A DNA stretch of 64,000 bases from Polyangiales bacterium (GCA_046351515.1 JAXLYJ010000019.1:80452-144451), one strand, 5' to 3'; positions 18,619 through 28,871 are shown, numbered from the stretch's first letter. Numbers and translations are program-made. The notes: generated by a model not told the origin, from the letters alone.

Positions 18619-19479
18619 CGCTTCGAAGTCCTCGGGCCCGCGCGGAAGAAGCTTGGGTCCGAAGAAGTAGCTCACGATCCCGGTCATGTTGCGCACGCGG
18701 GTGTAGTTGAGCCGGCCCGTCGCGCGGTCGAAGAGAGGACGCCCCATGCGATCGGCGAGCGGGCCGATCTGCGCGGAGAGATTCACGCCGCCCACCATGC
18801 GGATTTCTCCTCGGGTCGCGGTGCTGCCCGTGGGGGTCTCGAGCATGACCTCGCCCTCGATGCGGACGAGCACGCCCACGTAGCGGTCGGCGCCTTCGAG
18901 GATCTGTTGCACTGTAGCGGGGACGATGACGGGCTCGACGCCAGTGCCCACGCGCTCGACGCCAGCGCGAGAGAACTCTGGCAACGTGCGGCCGTCGCTG
19001 AACAGACACGGCGCGCGGGGCGGCGCGCAGCACGGCGTGCAATTGAACTCGTCGTACGTACCGCCCGTGATGCTCACGGTGTCGCCCGTGAGCAGATAGC
19101 TGCCGGTGGGAATGGTCGACGGCGCGAAGAGTTGAATGCCGCACACGTGACGGCCATCCGGCATCGGCGCGCAGCCCGTGAAGGCAGGGTCTGCTACGAC
19201 CTCTTGCACCCAGATGTCGCCGGTGTTGCCGCCGGGCTCGAGGTAGTCGTCGATGGCGGTGACCACGACGTTGGAGATCGAGACGGGCCCGCCCGTGGTG
19301 GGACGCGACGCGAGATCCGCCTGACGATACGTGCGAAGTTGCCCGCCCTGCGGCGCGGGTCTGTTGCACGAGCCACGATCGATTTCGTCGCAGCGGCGGT
19401 CAGTGAGCGGCGTCGAGCACGACCACGACGAGAGCGCGGCCAGCGTGAACAATGCAATCGGAGCGGCGATCGAGCGCAC
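18610..19479 (-). CDS. hypothetical secreted protein
   Basis: Signal MRSIAAPIALFTLAALSSWSC. Non-repetitive, protein-like composition over 289 aa. No family recognised. Confidence 0.55.
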   Translation of the reverse strand: MRSIAAPIALFTLAALSSWSCSTPLTDRRCDEIDRGSCNRPAPQGGQLRTYRQADLASRPTTGGPVSISNVVVTAIDDYLEPGGNTGDIWVQEVVADPAFTGCAPMPDGRHVCGIQLFAPSTIPTGSYLLTGDTVSITGGTYDEFNCTPCCAPPRAPCLFSDGRTLPEFSRAGVERVGTGVEPVIVPATVQQILEGADRYVGVLVRIEGEVMLETPTGSTATRGEIRMVGGVNLSAQIGPLADRMGRPLFDRATGRLNYTRVRNMTGIVSYFFGPKLLPRGPEDFEALP

Positions 19480-19700
19480 GGAAGTACGCGCACGCTACCG
19501 CGACGGTGCGCGGGATGAAAGCGAGGACTGCGCCGTGGTTCGCTCGCATGGCTTGACCCACGGTGTGAGCCATGACTACCGTCCGCGCCGCTTGCGACCA
19601 TGAACGTTTCGCGCGCGTGACAGACGCGTGCAATTCAGCGGTCAAACGAGCGCCAGAAGGGCGCTTCGCACAGTCAATCTTGGTTTGGGTGACGGCAGCG

Positions 19701-21035
19701 ATGGGCAACGAGTCGAGCGGCGGATCGAAGGGACAGAAGGGGCTCGAATCCGTTCCGGGAATGAATGACGTGCTGCCGAAGGACGCGGTGCGCTGGCGCG
19801 GGCTCGAAGACAGCTTTCGCGCGGTGTGCGAGCGCTACGGCTTCGGCGAGGTGCGCACCCCGATGTGCGAGTACACCGAGCTGTTCACGCGCGGGATCGG
19901 CGAAGAGACCGACGTCGTCGCGAAGGAGATGTACACCTTCGAAGACCGCGGCGGACGCTCGCTGACCCTGCGCCCCGAGGGCACCGCCTCCGCGGTCCGC
20001 GCGTACCTCGAGCACTCGATCGCCAACGTCGAGCCCGTGGCGCGATGGTTCTACGCGGGCCCGATGTTTCGCGGAGAGCGCCCAGCCAAGGGCCGCTACC
20101 GCCAGTTTCATCAAGTGGGCGCCGAGGTGTACGGCGACGGCGGCGCGATGGTCGACGCTGAGCTCATCGACCTGGCGTACACGTTCGTTCGTTCGCTTGG
20201 GATTTCACAGGCGAAAGTGCGCGTCAACTCGCTGGGCTCCGGCGACACGAAGAAGCGCTACAGCGAGGCGCTGCGCGAGTACTACGCGCCGCTCAAGGAC
20301 AAGCTCAGCGCGGACAGCCAGCGCAGGCTCGACACCAATCCGCTGCGCATCCTCGATTCGAAGGCGCCCGAAGACGTCGCGCTGCGCGCGGGCGCGCCCA
20401 AGCTGCTCGACATCCTGAGCGACGAAGACCGCGCGCACTTCGACCGCGTGTGCGCGACGCTCACCGCGCTCGGCACGCCGTTCGAGGTCGACGCGACCAT
20501 CATCCGCGGCTTGGACTACTACACGCGGACGATCTTCGAGATCACCGACACGAGCGGCGCGCTCGGCGCGCAAGACGCGCTCGGCGGCGGCGGTCGCTAC
20601 GACAAGCTCATCGAAGAGCTCGGCGGAAAGCCCACGCCCGCCGTCGGCTTCGCGCTCGGCGTCGAGCGACTGCTCATCGCCTCCGAAGGCAAAGGAGCGG
20701 GCCCGAAGGCCCCTGCGTCGTTCGCGGTGATCGCGATCGACCGCGAGCAGCCCGAGCGCGTGCAGTCCGAGGCGCTCGTGATCGCCAAGGCGCTGCGCGA
20801 CCGCGCGATCGTGACCTTCGTCGACACCCGCTTCGGAAAGTTCGACAAGCAGATCCGCCACGCCGAGCGCTCGCAAGCGCGCTTCGCGGTGATCGTCGGA
20901 GCGCAAGAGCTCAACGACGGAGTCGTGAAGCTCAAGGACCTCGCCAAGCGTGAAGAGCGCACGATCTCGCGCGATTCGCTGGTCGAAACGGCGCTCTCAC
21001 TCCGCGCCAGCGCCGACGGGAGCGCCGCAGAATGA
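19701..21035 (+). CDS. hisS: histidine--tRNA ligase
   Basis: ATG 19701 inside ORF 19572..21035. GMNDVLP, class II motif 2 FRGERPAKGRYRQFHQ, GGGGRYD. 444 aa. Confidence 0.92.
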   Translation: MGNESSGGSKGQKGLESVPGMNDVLPKDAVRWRGLEDSFRAVCERYGFGEVRTPMCEYTELFTRGIGEETDVVAKEMYTFEDRGGRSLTLRPEGTASAVRAYLEHSIANVEPVARWFYAGPMFRGERPAKGRYRQFHQVGAEVYGDGGAMVDAELIDLAYTFVRSLGISQAKVRVNSLGSGDTKKRYSEALREYYAPLKDKLSADSQRRLDTNPLRILDSKAPEDVALRAGAPKLLDILSDEDRAHFDRVCATLTALGTPFEVDATIIRGLDYYTRTIFEITDTSGALGAQDALGGGGRYDKLIEELGGKPTPAVGFALGVERLLIASEGKGAGPKAPASFAVIAIDREQPERVQSEALVIAKALRDRAIVTFVDTRFGKFDKQIRHAERSQARFAVIVGAQELNDGVVKLKDLAKREERTISRDSLVETALSLRASADGSAAE

Positions 21036-22948
21036 CCTTCGCTCCCGCGAGGCTCGCGCTCGTCGTGACAGCGTCGATCGTCGTCGCTGCCCCGGCGAGA
21101 AGCGCGCTCGCTCAACAGACTCCCCCGAGCGCCGACGCCGCTGCGCCGAGCGCGCAGCCCGACGCGAGCGCTGGCGCGGACAACGCCGATCAGCCACCGC
21201 AGCGGCAAGAGCCGCAGCCCGAGGTGCAGCCCGAGCCGAGCGGCAACGCTGATTCTGCCGGCGAAAACGCAGACGGAGACGAGCCCTCGAGCGGCGGAGC
21301 CGGCGGCTCACGGGCGCCCGCAGAGGACAGCGCCGAGTCGCGCGAGCAGCCCCTCACCGACGAGCAACGCTCGCGCATGGTGCCGGCCGAGGGAGAGCTG
21401 CCCGACGGCAACGACCGCGCGCCGCGACGGTTCTTCTTCCCGCCGTACCTCCGCGAGTGGGGCCCGCACCACGACACGACCGTGGTGTTTCCGCTGTATT
21501 GGCAGAGCCGCGTTCGAGACACCTCGTGGCTGTTGATCCCGCCGTATTTTCGGCTGCGATCGCCGATGGCCAACACCGACGCGTTCTTCCCGTTGGTGTT
21601 TCACACGACCGGTCGTCGCGGCGACGGATCGACGTACTCGACGACCGTCGTCCCGCCGGTGTGGGTGCATCGCTCGCAGGGACCCGATCGCGCGAGAGCG
21701 CTCGCGCACGGTGTTTTTCCGCTCTATTCGTACTACGAAGGCTTCGGTCCCAACGGCAGACTCGAGGGCGAGCACCTGGTGATCCCAGCGCTGCTCACGT
21801 TTCATCGCTGGACGCGGACGAGCCAGCAGACGATCACGCCGCTGTTTCAGTACGTGCGTGACGGCTCGAGCGTGACGTGGACCGCGGGCCCGGTGGTTCC
21901 GTTGGTGGCGCGGCACACCTCGCCGTCGCTGCGCTGGACGCTCATCTGGCCGCTGCTGTTCTTTCACCGCAACGAGGTCGCCGAGAACCGTCAGCTCACC
22001 GTCGTGGGCCCGTTCTGGACCGAGCGAACGCCGAACAGCTTGTCGGTCAACGTCGCGCCGCTGTTCTTTCACGCGCACGGGCGGGGGTGGGCGCGCACCA
22101 CGGTCTTTCCGCTGTTTCACACGGAAGAATCGCGCGAGCACTTCACCTTCGCCACGCTGCTCGGCGGCTACACGCGCGTTCGCGACGAGAGCACGCTGGT
22201 GCTCCCGTTCTATCAAAACCACCGCGGCGCGACGGCGTTCGACTCGGTCGCGCCGTTCTTCTACTACGGCCGCGACCGACGCTCGGGAACCTCGACCGTT
22301 CAAGTCCTCAACTTCGTGCACAGCACGCGTCCGACCGGCAGCACCACGGTGCTCTTCCCGCTGTTCGCGCACATCCACGAAGAAGGTCGCTTCGACACGA
22401 CGATCACGCCGGTGTTCGGCCACAGCTACGATCAGATGCGCCGCTCGCGCATCGTCGTCGCGGGCAACGTGCACTACGAGTCGTCGCCCGAGCACCGCGT
22501 GCTCAACATCTACCCGCTGCTCTACACGGCGGCGGGAAGGCGCTGGCACCACAACGTGTTCTTCCCGTTCGTGTGGGACGTCGGAAACCGCGACGAAGGC
22601 CGACAGACCACGGTGATCTTCCCGTTCTACGCGCACGTCGGCGACCGCCGCGGGTACACGCGATGGGCGTTTCCGGATGTCATTTGGTGGCGGCACGGCA
22701 GCGGCGAAACGCTCTCGTGGGGCTACGACATCGCGCCGTTCTTTCAGTACGGAGAGCCTCGCCGCGGGGACTACTACTGGTCCGTGCTCTACGGACTCGC
22801 TGGCTATCGACGCCAGGGCAACTACGAGCAGACGCGCGTGTTCTGGGCGACGATCGACAACCGCCGCGCGCCCTCGCCGCCGCGCGCCTCGGCCTCGACC
22901 ACCGCGCGCAACGAGCGGCCTTCGCGCGACGTGATCGTGGATTTGTGA
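21032..22948 (+). CDS. secreted protein with ~20 degenerate aromatic-proline (h-h-P-[LF]-[FY]) repeats
   Basis: ATG 21032 overlaps the hisS stop (ATGA). Signal LALVVTASIVVAAPARSALAQ. A ~100-aa acidic/Pro-rich linker is followed by repeats VFPLYW, LIPPYF, FFPLVF, VVPPVW, VFPLYS, ITPLFQ, IWPLLF, VAPLFF, VFPLFH, VLPFYQ, VAPFFY, LFPLFA, ITPVFG, IYPLLY, FFPFVW, IFPFYA, IAPFFQ. Confidence 0.65.
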   Translation: MTFAPARLALVVTASIVVAAPARSALAQQTPPSADAAAPSAQPDASAGADNADQPPQRQEPQPEVQPEPSGNADSAGENADGDEPSSGGAGGSRAPAEDSAESREQPLTDEQRSRMVPAEGELPDGNDRAPRRFFFPPYLREWGPHHDTTVVFPLYWQSRVRDTSWLLIPPYFRLRSPMANTDAFFPLVFHTTGRRGDGSTYSTTVVPPVWVHRSQGPDRARALAHGVFPLYSYYEGFGPNGRLEGEHLVIPALLTFHRWTRTSQQTITPLFQYVRDGSSVTWTAGPVVPLVARHTSPSLRWTLIWPLLFFHRNEVAENRQLTVVGPFWTERTPNSLSVNVAPLFFHAHGRGWARTTVFPLFHTEESREHFTFATLLGGYTRVRDESTLVLPFYQNHRGATAFDSVAPFFYYGRDRRSGTSTVQVLNFVHSTRPTGSTTVLFPLFAHIHEEGRFDTTITPVFGHSYDQMRRSRIVVAGNVHYESSPEHRVLNIYPLLYTAAGRRWHHNVFFPFVWDVGNRDEGRQTTVIFPFYAHVGDRRGYTRWAFPDVIWWRHGSGETLSWGYDIAPFFQYGEPRRGDYYWSVLYGLAGYRRQGNYEQTRVFWATIDNRRAPSPPRASASTTARNERPSRDVIVDL

Positions 22949-22967
22949 GCGCGCTACACTCGCGCTC

Positions 22968-23549
22968 ATGAACGCTCTTCGAACGCTTCTCTTCGCTTGC
23001 TGCGCGCCGCTGCTCGCGTGCTCGACGCAGCCCCCCAACGGCGACGGCGGACTCGACGCCGCGCTCGACGTGCGATCAGGGCCGAGCACGAGCGTCGCGA
23101 TCAACGAGCTGCGCGCGACCGGAGAAGACTGGATCGAGCTGTACAACAACGGCCCCGAGAGCGCGGACCTCTCGGGTTGGGGAGTGACCGACAGCGAGAG
23201 CAACGGAGCTCCGAGGTTGAGCAACGTGGCGCGGTTTCCCGCGGGCACGTCGCTCGCGGCGGGGCAGTACGTCGTGATCCTCGCCGATCAAGCGGACGCG
23301 GGATCCGGCCCGCAAATGCGCTGCTTGTCCGATGGAGGCCCGATGACTTGCTTCCACGCGAGCTTCGGGATCAGCGCGTCGCGCGGTGAAGTCGTGCACC
23401 TCGTCGCGCCCAACGACGGCGTGAGCGAGAGCGTGCTGTACCCGATGAACGCCGTCCCCTCTGGCGAAAGCTGGGGTCGGCGCCCCAACGGAACCGGCCC
23501 CTTCGCGCGCAACCGCCTGACGCCGGGCGGCCCCAACCTGCCGCCATGA
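22968..23549 (+). CDS. lamin-tail-domain (LTD) lipoprotein
   Basis: MNALRTLLFACCAPLLAC lipobox. LTD signature AINELRATGEDWIELYNNGPESADLSGW. Confidence 0.75.
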   Translation: MNALRTLLFACCAPLLACSTQPPNGDGGLDAALDVRSGPSTSVAINELRATGEDWIELYNNGPESADLSGWGVTDSESNGAPRLSNVARFPAGTSLAAGQYVVILADQADAGSGPQMRCLSDGGPMTCFHASFGISASRGEVVHLVAPNDGVSESVLYPMNAVPSGESWGRRPNGTGPFARNRLTPGGPNLPP

Positions 23550-23670
23550 GCGCACACGCACGCTTGGGAGGAGAACCTCCCAGCCGAGATCACCGGAGAA
23601 TCTGCAGAGATTTTTCAGTATCTCGTGTGTGTTTCGGGTCGGTCGAGTTACACTCTCCGATCACGGATCG

Positions 23671-25206
23671 ATGGTCGCCTCCGCGCCGCAGAGCTTCGCG
23701 CACGACCTGCTGATCGGCAAACCCATCGCCGGTCGCTACCGAGTGGTCCGTCTGCTGGGCGAAGGCGGCATGGGCGCCGTCTACGAAGCGCGACCGATCG
23801 ACGGATCCGAGACCGTCGCGATCAAGGTCCTGGCTGCGCAGTACGCGGTCGATGACGTCTCGGCGCGGCGCTTCATGCAAGAGGCCGAGGCCGCCGCGCG
23901 CATCGCGCACCCGAACATCGCGTACGTCACGCAGATGGGCCGCGAGCCCTCGGGCGCGCTCTACATCGTGCAAGAGCTTCTGCGCGGAGAAGACGCGCGA
24001 GCGATCCTGCAGCGACGAGGGACGCTCACCCTCGGCGAGTCGCTCGCGATCGTGCTTCCCATCGCCAGCGCGCTCGACGCCGCGCACAAGCACGGGATCC
24101 TGCACCGCGACGTCAAGCCCGAGAACATCTTCATCACCGTCACGCCCGACGGCTCGATGCCGAAGCTCATCGACTTCGGCATCTCGAAGTTTCAAGACGC
24201 CCAGCTCGAGAACGACAAGCGCACGCAGACCGGCGTCGCCATCGGGACGCCCGATTACATGTCCCCCGAGCAAGCGCGCGCGGATCGGGCGCTCAACGGC
24301 CGCACCGACCAGTGGTCGCTCGCCACGGTGCTCTTCGAGCTGCTCACCGCGCGTCCGCCGTTCGTCGCGCAGACCGCCACGCTCGTGCTGACCAAGATCA
24401 TCACCGAGCAGCCGCCGCGGATCGAGCTGTTCGTACCGGACATTCCGCCGGCGGTCGCGTCGGTGATTCACCGCGCGCTCGAGACCGACCGCGACAAGCG
24501 ATACCCCGACATGGCCGCCTTCGCCGACGCGCTCGTGCGCGCGGCGCAGAGCGCAGACGTGCAGATCCAGCTGCCCGAAGTCGTGGTGCCCGGTGAAGGC
24601 GACGCGCCGAGGCGCCGCCGTCAGGTCGCGAGCGCCGAGGTCAAGAGCCCCGCGCTTCCCCGCGCGCCCAGCACCGACGAAGACGCCAACGGACCGCCGA
24701 CGACGCTCTTCACCGCGCCGACGACGGCCGTTCCTTCGCCGCAGCACTCGCCGCTCAGCGCGCCGCCCATCGCCGCGACGCAAGCCGCGCACGGCTCGAG
24801 AGCGCCGCTCGACGACAGCGAGTTCGTCGACCCCAAGCGCGGCTCGAAGATCCTGCTCACGCTCATCGTCCTCGTGCTCCTCGGCGCGCTCGGCGCGGTC
24901 GGATTTCACTTCTATCGCTCGCAGACCGCCAGCGCGTCCACCGACCAGTCGCCGCAAACCGCGCAGGGCGCGGGGACCGGCGAGACGACCGCTGGCACGC
25001 ACACGAATTCAACCGCGAACAACAACGCGCACAACAGCCGTCCGTCCAACGGCGCGAGCGGCGCGGGCTCGCAGGACGCTGGCGCGAGCGCGACCCAGCC
25101 CGCGAGCAACGGCGGCTCGCGCCCGATCCGCCGCAACATCCGCAACAACCGCACGATTCGCCGCAGCAACACGCTGACGATCCAGCGGCAGTATCGGGAG
25201 CGCTGA
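23671..25206 (+). CDS. Hanks-type Ser/Thr protein kinase, membrane-anchored
   Basis: ATG 23671. GEGGMGAVYEA, VAIKVL, HRDVKPENI, DFGISK, GTPDYMSPE. Pro-rich linker, TM segment ILLTLIVLVLLGALGAVGF, and a low-complexity tail. Confidence 0.9.
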   Translation: MVASAPQSFAHDLLIGKPIAGRYRVVRLLGEGGMGAVYEARPIDGSETVAIKVLAAQYAVDDVSARRFMQEAEAAARIAHPNIAYVTQMGREPSGALYIVQELLRGEDARAILQRRGTLTLGESLAIVLPIASALDAAHKHGILHRDVKPENIFITVTPDGSMPKLIDFGISKFQDAQLENDKRTQTGVAIGTPDYMSPEQARADRALNGRTDQWSLATVLFELLTARPPFVAQTATLVLTKIITEQPPRIELFVPDIPPAVASVIHRALETDRDKRYPDMAAFADALVRAAQSADVQIQLPEVVVPGEGDAPRRRRQVASAEVKSPALPRAPSTDEDANGPPTTLFTAPTTAVPSPQHSPLSAPPIAATQAAHGSRAPLDDSEFVDPKRGSKILLTLIVLVLLGALGAVGFHFYRSQTASASTDQSPQTAQGAGTGETTAGTHTNSTANNNAHNSRPSNGASGAGSQDAGASATQPASNGGSRPIRRNIRNNRTIRRSNTLTIQRQYRER

Positions 25207-26115
25207 ATGCGCGCTCGCGCGCTCGGCGTCATCGTGGCGCTCTCGCTCTCGCTCGGCGCGCACTCGGCGCTCGCGCAGCGCGGTCCCAACCCTGCGCGCG
25301 ACGCGTTCGAGCGAGGCATCTCTGCGCTCGAAGCGCAGCGCTACGTCGACGCGCTCACGGCGTTCGAAGAGAGCTACCGACTGCGCCCCTCGCCGGTCGC
25401 GCTCTACAACGTGGCCGTCGCGCAGCGCGGACTCGGGCGGCTCCGCGAGGCCATCGCGACGTTCGAGCGCTATCTCGAAGCCCCCGAACGCGGGATCGAT
25501 CGCGCGCGGCTCGCCTCGATTCGCGCCGAGCTCAACGCGCTGCGCGCGCAGATCGTCAACCTGCGGTTGACGCTCGCGCCGGCCACAGCGACGGTCCAAG
25601 TCGACGGCCGCCCGGCGACGATCGGCGCGGACGGACTCACGCTCGACCCGGGCCGCCACGTGATCGAAGTGAGCGCCGACGGTCACCGCCCGTCGCGCCG
25701 TGAGGTCGACCTCCGCCCTGGATCGACCGTCGTGCTCGACGTGACGCTCGAGTCGCTCGGCTTCGGTCGACTCGTGATCACTCCGTCCGTCGAGAGCGCG
25801 CTCGTGCGCGTGGACGGGCGCGAGTGGGGATCGGGCGTCGTCGATCGATTGATCGCCCCCGGAGAGCACGAGATCGAAGTGCGCGCCCCGAGGTTCGATC
25901 CGTTTCGACGAACCGTGCGGGTGAGCAGCGAGAGCGTCTCGCGCGTGGACGCGCGGCTGCTCGTCGAGGGGTCCGGGACCCGCGCGTGGCTCGTCCCCAC
26001 GCTGATCGTCGCGGGCGTGGTCGCGGCAGGAGCGACCACCGCGGTGCTGCTCTACGTCACCGCGCCCGCCGCGCCGAGGGACGTGGGCTGGGACGAGTTC
26101 GTCATCCCGCGCTGA
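25207..26115 (+). CDS. TPR + PEGA domain protein with C-terminal TM anchor
   Basis: The ATG immediately follows the kinase stop. Signal peptide present. TPR-like YVDALTAFEESYRL. Two PEGA motifs, LDPGRHVIEVSADGH and IAPGEHEIEVRAPRF. TM segment LVPTLIVAGVVAAGATTAVLLYV. Confidence 0.75.
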   Translation: MRARALGVIVALSLSLGAHSALAQRGPNPARDAFERGISALEAQRYVDALTAFEESYRLRPSPVALYNVAVAQRGLGRLREAIATFERYLEAPERGIDRARLASIRAELNALRAQIVNLRLTLAPATATVQVDGRPATIGADGLTLDPGRHVIEVSADGHRPSRREVDLRPGSTVVLDVTLESLGFGRLVITPSVESALVRVDGREWGSGVVDRLIAPGEHEIEVRAPRFDPFRRTVRVSSESVSRVDARLLVEGSGTRAWLVPTLIVAGVVAAGATTAVLLYVTAPAAPRDVGWDEFVIPR

Positions 26116-26173
26116 TGCGCGATCGCGCCGCATCGTGCGCGAATCGTTGCAGTGTAGACTCAGCGCTGTCGTG

Positions 26174-27820
26174 ATGAAGCCTGCTTGCCGTGCGACGCCG
26201 CGCCGACCGCTCTCTTTGCTCGCGCTCGCCGTGGTCGCGTCCGCGACCGGCGGCTGCAAGCGCACGGACAAGCCGCCGACGCAGATCGTGCTGCGCCTCG
26301 ATTCGCAGCTCGAAGCGATGACCGACGTGCAAGCGATCAGCGTCCGGGTCCGCCGAACGCCGACGGGCGCCGTGGTGTTCACGAATCAATTCACGGTGAG
26401 CGCCGAGCGCTACGCGCTGCCCGGCGAGCTCGGCCTCGTCGCGGGAAGCGAAGACGACAACGGCCCCGTCTACATCGAAGTCCAGACGCAGCTCACGCGC
26501 GGCGGATTCTTCACGACCAGCGTCGAGTCCCACTTCATCCCGAGGCAAGTGCGCGTGGTGCCGATCCTGCTCACGCGCGACTGCGCGAGCCGCACGAGCA
26601 TGATGGGCGGATCGACGTGCGCGTCGTGCTCGGCGTGCGGATGCGATCCGGTGCGCGTGGACGTCGATGGCGGAGCTCCGGGCGGAGAGCACGTCGCGAT
26701 GTTCGCTCCGGATCGCGACGAGTCGAACTGTCAGCTCGCGCACCCGCCGGTGGTTCCTCCGAACCTGCCCAACCCGCCGCCGGCCGTGTTTCAGCCGCCG
26801 CCGTTCAACACGCCGCTTCCGCCGAGGCACACGCTCACGCAGCGATGCACGAACGGACCGTGCTTCGCCGTGCGGAGGCTGCAGTTCGACTGGCCGACGA
26901 TGGCCAACCCCAATCGCTGGGCGCAGCACGGATGGGACCTCGACTCGACGTGCACCACGCAGTCGCGCGCGATCGCGACCTGCCGCAATCCAGGCGGCGT
27001 CGTCAACGATGGCGACAACGGCAGAGACAACGCGTTTGCCTCGCGGCTCGGCCCGTTTCTTCAGACGCTTCAGGGCATCGGGCTGAGCGAAGCGATCATC
27101 AACGAAGGCATCGGCCGCGGCGTCGCCACGCTCGGCATCGAGCTGCGCAACTACAGCGGAACGGGCGACGACAGCGAGATCGAAGCCGAGCTCTTCCCGT
27201 TGATCAGCGGGCGCGCGGGCGACAATCTCTCCGCGCCTCCACGATGGGACGGGACTGACGTGTGGCTCTCGGACAAGACCCTCACGATCGCGCCCGAAGC
27301 GGCGGTCTCGCGAGGCTACGTCGCCGGATCGCGGCTCGTGTTGCGCCTGCGATCGCAGACGCCGATCTCGTTCGTCTCGTCCTTCGGGCAGTCGCGGCTC
27401 TTGATCTCCGGCGGAATCGCCTCGGGCAGCGTTCACTGCGGCGGTCGTCAGCTCGGGCCGCTCGAGCTCGGCGGCTTCATCGAAGTGCGACAGCTCGCCA
27501 ACGAGCTTCCGTTCATGGGCGTGTGCGATCCGCTGCAGACGTTCGCGGTCACCACGGCGTTTCAACAGAGCGCGGACCTCAACGTCGTCGGCGACGCGCC
27601 GGTCAACAACATCAACGTCGAGTGCAACGCGATCAGCTTCGGCGTGACGATCGAGCCGGCGCCGATCAGTCGCGTGCTCGTCAACGAGGACTCTCCGACG
27701 ATGCGCCCCAACCCCTGTGATCGCGATGGCGGCGTGGATGCTTCGCTCCCCGACGCGAGCGCGACGGACGCGGGCGCGAGCGACGCGCGCGTAGACGCAT
27801 CGGTCGACGCGCGCGGTTGA
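26174..27820 (+). CDS. hypothetical lipoprotein
   Basis: ATG 26174 inside ORF 26135..27820. MKPACRATPRRPLSLLALAVVASATGGC lipobox. Pro-rich segment PPVVPPNLPNPPPAVFQPPPF. 548 aa, with no family recognised. Confidence 0.6.
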   Translation: MKPACRATPRRPLSLLALAVVASATGGCKRTDKPPTQIVLRLDSQLEAMTDVQAISVRVRRTPTGAVVFTNQFTVSAERYALPGELGLVAGSEDDNGPVYIEVQTQLTRGGFFTTSVESHFIPRQVRVVPILLTRDCASRTSMMGGSTCASCSACGCDPVRVDVDGGAPGGEHVAMFAPDRDESNCQLAHPPVVPPNLPNPPPAVFQPPPFNTPLPPRHTLTQRCTNGPCFAVRRLQFDWPTMANPNRWAQHGWDLDSTCTTQSRAIATCRNPGGVVNDGDNGRDNAFASRLGPFLQTLQGIGLSEAIINEGIGRGVATLGIELRNYSGTGDDSEIEAELFPLISGRAGDNLSAPPRWDGTDVWLSDKTLTIAPEAAVSRGYVAGSRLVLRLRSQTPISFVSSFGQSRLLISGGIASGSVHCGGRQLGPLELGGFIEVRQLANELPFMGVCDPLQTFAVTTAFQQSADLNVVGDAPVNNINVECNAISFGVTIEPAPISRVLVNEDSPTMRPNPCDRDGGVDASLPDASATDAGASDARVDASVDARG

Positions 27821-27855
27821 GCCATCAATCCCCCCGAAGCGCGAGCCGCTGAACT

Positions 27856-28821
27856 TCAGTTCGCGCCGCGCGAACGAGCGCTCTCGCTGCCGAACGCGGC
27901 CATGTCCTGCACGGGCGGCCCGACCTCGCGCCAGCCGCGATCCGCGGCCATCGCGTTGAACTTGCGCACCATCCAACCGGGGATGAGCATCGAGAACGTT
28001 CGCGCGATGCGCGAAGGATCGTCGAGCGTCTTGAGCATGCGCTCGTAGGTCTCGTCGCCGTACGCCTCGCGAAAGGCCGCGGCTTGATCAGGGCGACGCA
28101 CCCACGCGACGACGCCTGCGCGGTCGGCCTCGGGGTGAAACTGCACCGTCTCGACGCCGGGCGTGACGTCCAGGCCCAAGATCGCGGTGCCCTTGTCGTC
28201 CTGGCCTTCGCGCGACTCGCGCGCGAGGAGCTTGCCGCCGAGCTTTTCGAGCTGCGTCTCTTGCAGGTCGATCGCCTCCCAATTGCGGTGCTCGAACGCG
28301 AAGAGCCGATCGCCGAAGATGTGGAGCAGCGGGTGCTCTCGGCCGGCGCGCGTGGTGTACACGGGCATCACGCCGAACTTGCGCGACGCGCGCGGAGCCA
28401 TCGTGGCCACTTCGAAGTGACGCACGATCATCTCGAACGAGTAGCACACGCCGAACAGCGCCTTGGCCGCGGGGCCGCGGCGCTGGTTGTCGTCGACGAT
28501 GTGATCGAGGAAGTCGTAGTAGCCCTTCACCCAGGCTTTTCCGTCGCCTTCGAAGGGCGAGCCGGGCCCGCCCGAGGAGACGTAGAGATCACAGTCGCGC
28601 GGCGGCAGCTCGTTTTTGTCGCGGACCGAGACGTGCTCGATCTCGAGCTCGACCTCGGGGTTCCACTTGCGGACGTGCTTGTGAAACTCCGTGCAGAGCA
28701 GGCGAAAACAGCGGATCGCCTGGTTCTCGTGCCCGTCGTTCATGTCCACGATGCACATGCGCAGAGGCCGTACAGACGATGCGCGAGCGGCGGGGCGAGC
28801 GTTGCTCGATGGGTCCATCAT
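27856..28821 (-). CDS. class I glutamine amidotransferase-like protein
   Basis: ATG 28821 (MMDPSS). GATase1 nucleophile elbow LFGVCYSFEM and the His-Glu block VQFHPEAD. Confidence 0.7.
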   Translation of the reverse strand: MMDPSSNARPAARASSVRPLRMCIVDMNDGHENQAIRCFRLLCTEFHKHVRKWNPEVELEIEHVSVRDKNELPPRDCDLYVSSGGPGSPFEGDGKAWVKGYYDFLDHIVDDNQRRGPAAKALFGVCYSFEMIVRHFEVATMAPRASRKFGVMPVYTTRAGREHPLLHIFGDRLFAFEHRNWEAIDLQETQLEKLGGKLLARESREGQDDKGTAILGLDVTPGVETVQFHPEADRAGVVAWVRRPDQAAAFREAYGDETYERMLKTLDDPSRIARTFSMLIPGWMVRKFNAMAADRGWREVGPPVQDMAAFGSESARSRGAN

Positions 28822-28871
28822 CGGTGCGACGACGATACCCGAATCGCAGGCGAACGCACGTTTTCCGCGTG

